64,000 bases of DNA from Octopus bimaculoides (lineage: Eukaryota): assembly GCF_001194135.2 (NCBI RefSeq), contig NC_068994.1:35940094-36004093 (forward strand), written 5' to 3'. Under the pieces are notes generated by a model, which did not search any database, was not told the DNA's origin, and saw only the letters and a list, made by a program, of their open reading frames with translations. This document shows, in pieces, positions 54,003 through 64,000 of this stretch; the first letter of the stretch is position 1; every line of letters starts with the position of its first letter. Both the position numbers and the translations under genes were made by a program.

Positions 54003-54141
54003 ATGGGAGTTCCTCGTAATATCCTGTGCTTTCCATACTTGAGCCATGTCCACTGTCAGTTCGAGACATCTCAGTAAAGGGTTCACGTGAAATAATCACA
54101 TGATCTTCTACTGTGTCTACAACTGACAGTACTGTTGCTTC
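54003..54141 (-). CDS. Internal coding exon of the same host gene
   Basis: Acceptor ttaattcccAG, donor GTATGT. 139 nt = EATVLSVVDTVEDHVIISREPFTEMSRTDSGHGSSMESTGYYEELP + 1 nt, which joins the next exon as TGT (Cys). GC content is higher than the flanks. Confidence 0.65.
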
Positions 54142-55509
54142 CTGGGAATTAACATATAACCAATATAAATTAAATAATAACAGCTGATGTTATTTTTGTC
54201 TGATAATTTTAAAATCTTTGGCTTTAGCCTTAGAGGTAGACAGAAACCATATTTATAAAGATTAAAAAGGTATGTAAGATTAAATAGACAGGAGCAAAGA
54301 AGTAGTATGGAAAGGGTGATAATAGAGGATGCAATATGTTAACCATTTTAAGTGAACATTTAGAATTTTAAATTGACATATCAGTTATAAGTTCATTGAC
54401 TTTTCTGGTTTAAAATAAACATTAGCTACTTGGTTAAAACAAGAAACATAATGTAGTATGTGTTTCTGGAAGCTTAATTTAAACTTACTAGATTGAAATT
54501 TCCAGTTCACACACACACACGCACACACACGTGCACACACACACACACACACATACACGCGCGCGCGCGCACGCACACACACACCACACCACATACACAT
54601 GTGCACATACATACACATGCACACATACATAAACAACATACACACACTAAAACACACATAGATGATAATGTTTTATTTAAAATATTAAAATATGAGATAT
54701 AGTCATAGGTTATTAAGCTACTGAGAATTACAGCAAATTTTATGTTTTATAGCAAATTGCAGAAAAAAAAGAGAGAATAATGCTATATAGAATAAGACCA
54801 AAGTTATAAATATGATGGGTCAAAAACCAACCACAAAAATACAAAAACAAAAAAAAAGCTTCAAGCAAATCAGATAATCTTTTTCTTAAAAAGGCAAATA
54901 TATCAAATATAAAATAAGTAAATATGTCAAAAACAAAGTCATTAAGTTAACCTGGCAGAGAATATCAAAATCTGCAGAACATGAACTTATAGATCTTCAG
55001 ACCATGGTCTTATATATCTGTAGACCACAGACTTTAAAAATTCTTATACTTATTCATAAAGATTTTATTCATTTTAACAGGGATTATTGTAAAGAATTAG
55101 TGAATTTTATTGGTTTCATAACAATTACACTACATAATGCCATATGTTAATAGTATAAAATGTGTATGTAAAAATATTTAGTTTTGTTATGAAGATGATT
55201 TTTACAGTAATGGTGAAATATGCTTTTGAAGATTAAATTATAATTTTGTGTCATAAGCTATATAGATTGAAATCTACACACTTATATGGTTTAGAATTAA
55301 ACTTGTGTTGACTGTTTCAGTTTAGAATTATATTTTGCATAATTTTATAAATTTCAAAGTATTTGTTAGCAGATTTCATCCATAAAGTAATACTGATCAT
55401 ATTCTCTCCCTCTCTTCTGAATATTGCTGCTCTACAGGAATTGCTTGCCTTCCTTTCCTCCTTTCATTCATACTTTAATCCCTCATCTTGTATAATACTA
55501 TCAAAACCT

Positions 55510-55738
55510 CCTCAAGTTTTGTAACCTTATGAGTTGCATGATGACTTCACTAGTACTGGTGGCATGGAAAAAGCACCCAATACATGCTATAAATGGTTGG
55601 CATTTGGAAGAGCATCCATCTGTAGAAAACCTTGCCTTAGCAGACACTGGTGCACAATGCAGTTCTTGAACCCATCAGACCCAGTAAAACCATCCAATCC
55701 ATAGCAGCAGAGAATATGAATGTTAAATGATGATGAAG
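55510..55738 (+). mobile_element. RTE-tail-type SINE 3' portion
   Basis: aaagcacccaatac..ggttggcatttggaagagcatccatctgtagaaaacc..gttaaatgatgatga. Confidence 0.65.
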
Positions 55739-58015
55739 TAAATTTTTAGTGAGAACTGCTTTATAACTATATGTGTATGAATGTCTTAGTGAGGGAAACA
55801 GTTAGTAGTTACTCAACCTGCAACAAATATAAAGCCAATTTTCCATCAAATCATACTCTACTGTCTTAAAAGGGGAAAGATACATTGGTCAATGTTGTAT
55901 AAAAAGACTGGTTGGTTAAAGCTTGAATGATTTTGATTTTATATCTCCTTGATATAAGCTAAATAACAACAACAACAGAAAAAGTTAAATGATGAATTGC
56001 CTGAGGTTTGCTGTCACAATAGAATATTCATTTAGGTATAAGTTTTAATTTTTGTATCTTTGCTTCTTAAATTTTCCACAAGTTAGAAATATTGATAAAA
56101 GGCAAGAAATCAATGGGAATAGATATTAAAGTAAACCTTGTAAGTTAACTTCCTTAACTAAATGTTTAACTAAATGCAACAGGAATTTTGGGTGACTGAA
56201 CAACAGTAGGGGTTTACAATGTAAAAGGACCGACTAGAGTAAAATTATTTTGTAATATTATGAGTGAGTCAGTTCCATTAAAATTACATTTGATTAACTA
56301 TCTCTACCTTTTAATATGGGCTACAAGGATTAGCAATCCATAACCTCCAAGACTTACACATTTATTATGTCAATACATTTATTAACTTTTATCTGTTTCA
56401 ATTGCTAATAAATGTAGGCTGTAGTATATAAGTTTATCCTCATTGACAATAACTATTAATACTTGTGGTATCCAGTATAAACAAAAGGCTTTACCCAAAT
56501 AGTGCATAGAAACAACATTATATGAACAAATAATTGGCTGTATATACAGTAAAAGAATATTAAAACCATCCAACATAAACAGAAAAAATACTATCTTAGA
56601 CTCAAAAGGAAAAGCTCATTTGTTTAGTTTATTCCATGCTTACTCCTATACAAGTATTTAAAATGAATCTAAAACCTTTATTACATGACAAATCTTAAGA
56701 CTGGAAATGAGTAAATGACGATATTACTGAAACATTTGATTATATTTCCTATAGAATAAAGTGTCTGCATTCTTGAAATGTTTTTTTGAAAATAAAGGTA
56801 TACTGTTTATTGCCACAGGTTTATAAATAATACATCAGATTCTGAAGAAGAAGAATTTGATCAATTATTACTTTTCAGCAGGGACTTCAGTTTATTCATC
56901 CATTATGTGTCTTATATACAGCTAAAAACCAGAAAAAGAAAACCCTAAAATCTCAAAATCTTTACTTTAAGAGCTACTAAGGGGGTTGCTAAAATTAACT
57001 TCTTTATTCTATCTCAATGGTATATTGAGAGAAAATAGAAAGGAAATCTATGGGTAATTTCAACATAGAGAAATAAACTGCTAGAAACCATAGGATATAT
57101 ATGCATATTTTAGCACTCTATGTAAGAGTGAAATAGTTCAGAGGTATGAAGATAACATGAATGTAAAATTGTGTTCAATACAAACTCAATAATCGGGAAG
57201 ATTGGCAAAACATTTAGACTGTGAAGAGGAAGAAAGAAAAGAAGTTCTTAAATCGATTTAGATAATAAGGAAAAGAATAAATTATCAAAAACTTTAACCT
57301 GTGTCGCTGGCAATGATGTCGAAACAAAGAGATGTTTTATGAAGAAGAAATAAACATAATGCACTTTGCATCTCTTAAAGTAGTGAGAGTATAGTGAAAC
57401 AGCAAGACATAGAGTAAATCTTTCAGCATTATCGAATGAAGAGTGAAAGGAGATGCATGTGAGTGAAAACAAATTAGCGTAACTTAATTTGGTAGAGGTT
57501 AGATTGCAGGGTAGCAGAGGAAATATATGGATGCTATTATAATATAATTCACTGCTGTTATGCTGAAGGGTGGAGTTTGGAGTTGTAGGAAGATAATGTG
57601 TGGTAGGAGTGAAGTGCAGATAAGTACTATGTAATTTAATGAGGTTACAGAGAAGAGCTGGAAGAAGAAAATGCATATAATGTTAGAGGGTGAAATGTAA
57701 TTTATTTGGGATGTGCAGAAAGAATGAAAGTATAATAAATACACAGACCGAATCGCTACAGTGGGATTTAGTCAGGTTGGACAGAAAAGTCTAGAGGTTA
57801 GAAGCATCTATGGAACTAATCAGTGTGCACTGTGTTGTACAAAGTTATATAGAAATGATAATGTGAAAAGAGATTTTATATATATAGAGATAGATAGACG
57901 GATATAGGTACATACCTACATACATACATGCATACATACATACGTACATGCATGTGTGAGTGTGTGCATGTAAATACATGTTCATGTGCATACATGTTTA
58001 TAGATGTGTGTATGT

Positions 58016-58055
<40 letters not shown>

Positions 58056-58095
58056 GTATATATANNNNNNNNNNNNNNNNNNNNNNNNNNNNNNN

Positions 58096-58143
<48 letters not shown>

Positions 58144-58900
58144 TATATTATATATTATATGTATATGTATGTTTGCATGTGCATGCATGTATGCGCGTTT
58201 GGATATGTATGTATGTATGCATGTATCTGTGAATGGATCTCAAACTTTCTGATCATGTGTGTTCACTTGTTTGATCAACTGAACTACAGGACTCTTTGAA
58301 GTCATGTGCAACTGGCTGAGTGTTCCACAGATAAGCATGCCATTTATATAATTCTCAGACAAAATTAGTATGACATGGTATGACATGAATAAATTGCAGG
58401 TACAATTCATCCAACAGGCTTCTTCACAGTTTCCATCTACCCAATTCAACTCACAGGGTGTGGGTCAATATATAATATGACACTTGCCAAAGATGCCATA
58501 GAGTGGGATGAAAATTGAACTTCATAATCATGAACCAAATTTCGTACCAATTCAGTAATATTTGTGTGTGTGTCTGTGTGTGCATGTGTGTGTGTGCGTG
58601 TGTGCATGTGTGTGTGTGCGTGTGTGCATGTGTGCGTGTATGTGTGTGTATGCATATATTTATATATAAATGTATACATATATATACATATATATATATG
58701 TATGTATAAATGTATATACATATATTTATACATTTATATACATATATATATATACATACACAATTTATATATAAGTATGTGTATATACATTTATATATAT
58801 ATGTATATATTTAATATACATATATATATTTATTTATATATGCATATGTATATTATATATACATACATATATATATTTATTTATATATATATATATATAC

Positions 58901-58983
<83 letters not shown>

Positions 58984-59024
58984 CACATTTGTATATGTAT
59001 GTATATTATATATATATATTTATA

Positions 59025-59908
59025 TAAGCGCTCATCAATAAGTATCTGGACTATTGCTATGGTAACGAAGCTAAAGGACACAGAGTAAAGCTGCTTGGCA
59101 CAGATTGACCTTCAACTCCACTCTGCATGCACACTAAGTTTTAACATTCTAGCTCGCTTCTGCTGTTTACAGCAGTGCTTGGAAGGAAGGTGTGTAATGT
59201 GTGATCATCGCATTGACCATGACAGAGACAGTTGTCATGGTGATACCTGCTCAGAAGCCTATGCAAGGTTGCAAAAAGTTTATGGAGAGGTTTGTATGAA
59301 CCACACACAAGTGTATAAGTGGTTCAGACATTTCCAAGATGGCCAAAAAAATGTCAATACTGACGAACGTTTTGGGAGGCCTGCAAGCAGCAGAATTGAG
59401 AAAAACATCACAGATGTGCATGTAGCTGTGAGGGGAAATTGCCAAATAACCATCCGTGAGTTATCAGAGGAGGTGCAGATTAGTTACGGTTCAATTCAGA
59501 CCATTATCACTGAAGATTTGGGTATGAGATGCGTGTCTGCCAAGTTTGTACAAAAAACTGTTTTCAGCTGACCAAAAGACACTCTGGTTTCAGTTGCACA
59601 AGATCTCTTTGATTGTATCGAAAATGATGAAATCTGTTTGAAAACTTTGCCTAGACCCCTGAGCAGGTATTGCCAAGCTTTTGGCGAAATTTGATGTAGA
59701 TTCTCTGCTCATCATTCTCTGTCATGGTTAATGCAATGATCACATGCTACTCATATTCCTTCGAAGCACTGCTGTAAACATCTAGAATGTTAAAACTTAA
59801 TATACACGCACAACGAAATGCAAGGTCAATCTGTACCAAGCAGCTTTATTCTGTGTACATTAGCTTTGTTACTATGGCAACAGTCCGGATAATTATTGAT
59901 CAGCCCAC

Positions 59909-59909
<1 letters not shown>
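59025..59909 (+). mobile_element. Mariner derivative with two head-to-head left ends (inverted repeats of more than 200 bp)
   Basis: TA at 59023-59024 and 59910-59911. The + strand has the transposase N-terminus (HTH region, YKWFRHF..ERFGRP..VSAKFV). 59659-59909 is an inverted copy of the left end that includes MTENDEQRIYIKFRQKLGNTCS. Confidence 0.85.
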
Positions 59910-59996
<87 letters not shown>

Positions 59997-60467
59997 GTGT
60001 GTGTGTGTGTNNNNNNNNNNNNNNNNNNNNNNNNNNNNNNNNNNNNNNNNNNNNNNNNNNNNNNNNNNNNNNNNNNNNNNNNNNNNNNNNNNNNNNNNNN
60101 NNNNNNNNNNNNNNNNNNNNNNNNNNNNNNNNNNNNNNNNNNNNNNNNNNNNNNNNNNNNNNNNNNNNNNNNNNNNNNNNNNNNNNNNNNNNNNNNNNNN
60201 NNNNNNNNNNNNNNNNNNNNNNNNNNNNNNNNNNNNNNNNNNNNNNNNNNNNNNNNNNNNNNNNNNNNNNNNNNNNNNNNNNNNNNNNNNNNNNNNNNNN
60301 NNNNNNNNNNNNNNNNNNNNNNNNNNNNNNNNNNNNNNNNNNNNNNNNNNNNNNNNNNNNNNNNNNNNNNNNNNNNNNNNNNNNNNNNNNNNNNNNNNNN
60401 NNNNNNNNNNNNNNNNNNNNNNNNNNNNNNNNNNNNNNNNNNNNNNNNNNNNNNNNNNNNNNNNNNN

Positions 60468-60504
<37 letters not shown>

Positions 60505-60519
60505 CATATATACATATAC

Positions 60520-60551
<32 letters not shown>

Positions 60552-61165
60552 GTATATATATATATGTGTATGTATGTATGTACATCCCATATTGTACATA
60601 CATATATATACTTATACATGTATGTGAGCAGATTAGTGCTTCATAATGCATTTTGGTTGTACAAAAGGTTTGGAAATAAGAGGGGATTTATGGAATGTCA
60701 AGAGAAAATGTGATTCACTTAAGTTATATCATTATTGCCACTTTTATAAATCCCGCCTATTGGCTTTCTGCTATTTGTAAAGTAACTTCCTGTCAACTAC
60801 TATCATTCTCAACTATTCTTCTGCAGGTATATCTTCTCTCTCTCCTCTACTGCACCGATGATACTCAATACTAGGCTGTGCTGACTTCCCCCCTAATTTC
60901 TTTCTTCAACATCTACTTTACAATTGCATCCTTGATCAATAATAATATAAGATGCTGCATTTAATAAAACCAGTCATATGGTCGAGACAGACTGTCATAT
61001 GAAAGATCAAACTGTGATATACAAAGAACACATCAAAATACTATGTGTGTGTGTGTGTGTGTGTGTGTATACATATACATATATATATATAAAAACATAT
61101 ACATATATATATCTATATATATATATACGTATGCATATATATATATATATATATATATATACGTA

Positions 61166-61242
<77 letters not shown>

Positions 61243-62161
61243 GTATGCATATATATATATACACATATGCATATATATACTCATATGCATATATATATAC
61301 ATATATATATATATATACGTATGCATATATATATATACACATATGCATATATATACTCATATGCATATATATATACATATATAAATATATACATATGTAT
61401 ACATATATATATGTATATATATATGTATATATGGACACATGCAAATACACACATGCATATACAAAACGCTAGTCACACATACACATATGTAGTACATACA
61501 TAAGCTTCAAGCATCAGGTAAAAAGTGGGTTGATGTGACAGATCAAGGATAACCTAATATGAAGTAGTATACATGCAAAACCAAGAGGAAAAGCTTGTAT
61601 AAAACAGATAATGTGGGTGGGTTGAAGAGAGGAAAGCGTCTTCTCTTCAGAACTAAACAAGTTCAGATTTCCTATTCTGTTGCTCTTAGAGCTTTGTAAT
61701 TGTTTGATACACTATGTATGTCATAAAAAGGTTCATAGCTACCGAATGTTATATATCATGATAATGGTGATGGTGGTGGTAGTGGTAGTGGCGGTGGCGG
61801 CCGTGGCAGTGGTGGTGGGCTGTTAGGACCAGACATAGTGGTGGTCTTACCTTTATAATCATGAAAGATGAAGAAACTAGGAAATTAGATACTCTATAGC
61901 TATGCTTTCTTCTTTCACAAACACACACTCACATACATACAATGATGCACATACATACACAAGCATACATACAGTCAATGTTTATAATTCTTTGCTAATT
62001 CTATAGTTGCCAACTCATTATCTATTAATCAATATCTATTTATCTCCCTCGAGTGACAAAGTTAGTCATTTGTCTTTCTTAATCAGATACATCCATTAAT
62101 GGGTGTAATTGATCTTGACTTCAGAAGAGTGGTCCCTCAATATTTTACACACATTATAGAA

Positions 62162-62435
62162 CTTGAACTCAGCATTGCAAGTCAAGGAAACATTCCTCAA
62201 TTATGCAGTGTTCTCACTGCTTGGTATAAAGCTGCACCTCCAATGGAATTAAACTAAGTCAAACGATTGAAAGCTAAGTGTTTTGGTCATGGGTTGAATT
62301 TGAAATCAGCATTGCAAGCCAGTGAAACATTCCTCAATTATGCAGTGTTCCCACTACTCACTGTAAGAAGCTGCACATTCATTAGAATAAGGGTCAATCA
62401 AACAAATGGAAGCTAAGTAGCATGATCATGAGTTG
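62162..62435. repeat. Diverged tandem duplication, about 137-bp unit x2
   Basis: tcagcattgcaag..gaaacattcctcaattatgcagtgttc..aagctgcac..aagctaagt..tcatg.gttga occurs twice. Confidence 0.8.
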
Positions 62436-62994
62436 ATGGATACTATATAAAATGTCACCTATTCAGTCAGTGAATCAACACACAAGCATTTCTAGCAATT
62501 TCCTATATATTAAATCATAATATGCTTGCTAACTTCACCAGTTAGCATTACCATCATATCAACGACATATCACATCACCATCATGAAAGATATCACAAAG
62601 CAGCCTATATCACCATGTCAACTGGTGCCCAGGACAAATTTCCCTTCTATCAATTTCAATCCCTTCATTTAGATGTGAACTACACTAATATGTACCTCCT
62701 GTATTCAATACGACCACCTACTATTACTATGATCACATACTTATATGGAAGTGGCAGCAATAAGGATATCTGTTTTTATTGCAAACAGTATTTCTGCTTC
62801 CAGTAAAGGTGGGGAATCTCTTGTGTAACAATCTCATCAATTCATCAGCAAGTACTTCAATATAACATTTACATAGAATAAGATATTTGTCATTATCCAA
62901 TATTTATATTCATATTTAATATTCCCACACACAGGCATATGTAATGTATGTATGTATGTATGTATGTATGTAAGTATGTATGCATGTATGTATA

Positions 62995-63098
<104 letters not shown>

Positions 63099-63169
63099 AA
63101 TGAACAACCTGCACAGATTACTTGTTTATAGGCATCAAATGTTTATGCAGCACATCACTTCACTCCCTC

Positions 63170-63345
63170 CATAAAATTGACAGTACCTGAACAGGTGTAC
63201 AGTGTGCCACATATCAGGTGTCGAAGTGATCACAGAATGACATGAGATGAATTGTTTTACTCAAGAACACTATGCTTTGCCTGGTCTGGGAATCAAACCC
63301 ATGATCTTGTGATTGTTAGTGCAACACCCTAACCACTAGGTCCTG
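63170..63345 (-). mobile_element. CORE-like SINE, family E
   Basis: ttgttttactcaagaacac..tctgggaatcaaaccc..gcaacaccctaaccactagg. Confidence 0.7.
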
Positions 63346-63468
63346 CACCCAATGGATTTACAAATATAATATCCCTACATTCACTCTCTATCTCCCATCT
63401 TATCTGAACTAACTATTGCTTAACCATCCTTTGACTTTTTTTCTGTGGAAGTTCCCGCAGTAGGCATA

Positions 63469-64000
63469 TCATAACCACTTATGTATGTTTATTTTTGTTC
63501 TTTCGTGAAGCAAGAGTAATGTTTTCTTGTTTTTGTTTGAGAGTGACGACCTGTAACTTTTAACAATTTGAAGAAGGTATTGTTTCCAGCTCTTTATCAT
63601 TTGTTATCAGTTTGTTGTATTCCTCTATTAGTCGTACACCTCTTTCTGCAATGTCATTTACCACTTTGAGTCCATATGCGGTATCTCTTGCATTCGCATA
63701 ACTTTCATCATCCTTCCATTCTTCAACCTCTTTTTCAAGAAAAGTGAAAGGCACTTCTAGGATTTCAAAGAATCTTTTTGTGTTGGCAGTAACAAAATCC
63801 TGCAGTTGTTTCTGCCCAACTGATTCAGGATTTATAGATGCTTCTTTGCTCAGTTTTGACTCAACTGGTTTCTGCAGAGCATGCTTCATTTTAATTTTTT
63901 GTTTCATGCGAAACAGCTGAACCAAAAAAGGCAAGCGCCACAAGCTCTTCAGAGAGGTACCACAAATGTCTCAAAAAACTTATTGAGTGCAGCACTTGCA
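63469..64000 (-). pseudogene. hAT-related (hATm-like) transposase C-terminal relic running off the window edge
   Basis: Stitched frames give ASAALNKF/LRHLWYLSEELVALAFFGSAVSHETK/IKMKHALQKP..FFEILEVPFTFLEK..LKVVNDIAERGVRLIEEYNKLITNDKEL/KQYLLQIV, with three single-base frameshifts. Confidence 0.75.

Noticed and set aside
56820-56925. Strong minus-strand acceptor and an acidic plus-strand frame (SDSEEEEFDQL)
   Set aside because: All minus frames stop soon after the acceptor, and the plus frame lacks a clear donor or partner exon.
57250-57760. Purine-rich stretch with a faint RTE-like FG..ERM echo
   Set aside because: Too decayed to assign.

Overview
This is eukaryotic, very AT-rich, repeat-dominated genomic DNA with 13 N-gaps, most of them at (AT)n tracts. 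The SINE repertoire and extreme microsatellite load suggest an octopus or other coleoid cephalopod scaffold (inference, not verified). Nearly all listed ORFs are microsatellite or gap artefacts. The only supportable host coding sequence is two phase-compatible minus-strand exons (54003-54141 and terminal exon 51256-51467). They encode a C-terminal tail with a DSGHGS phosphodegron-like motif; the rest of the gene was not confidently located and probably lies further toward or beyond the right edge. The remainder is a transposon graveyard: Penelope-like (GIY-YIG) relics, a Gypsy LTR+gag 5' fragment, RTE and CR1 LINE fragments, an R4/Dong-type LINE carrying a nested SINE and a nested mariner, a hAT MITE with 8-bp TSD, a mariner with two head-to-head left ends, a hATm-like transposase relic and several tRNA-SINE families. 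The most interesting signal is RNA-level. One core-intact minimal hammerhead ribozyme (238-283) is fused behind a tRNA-derived Pol III head. Five decayed hammerhead motifs share its architecture but have different stems and palindromic helix III sequences.
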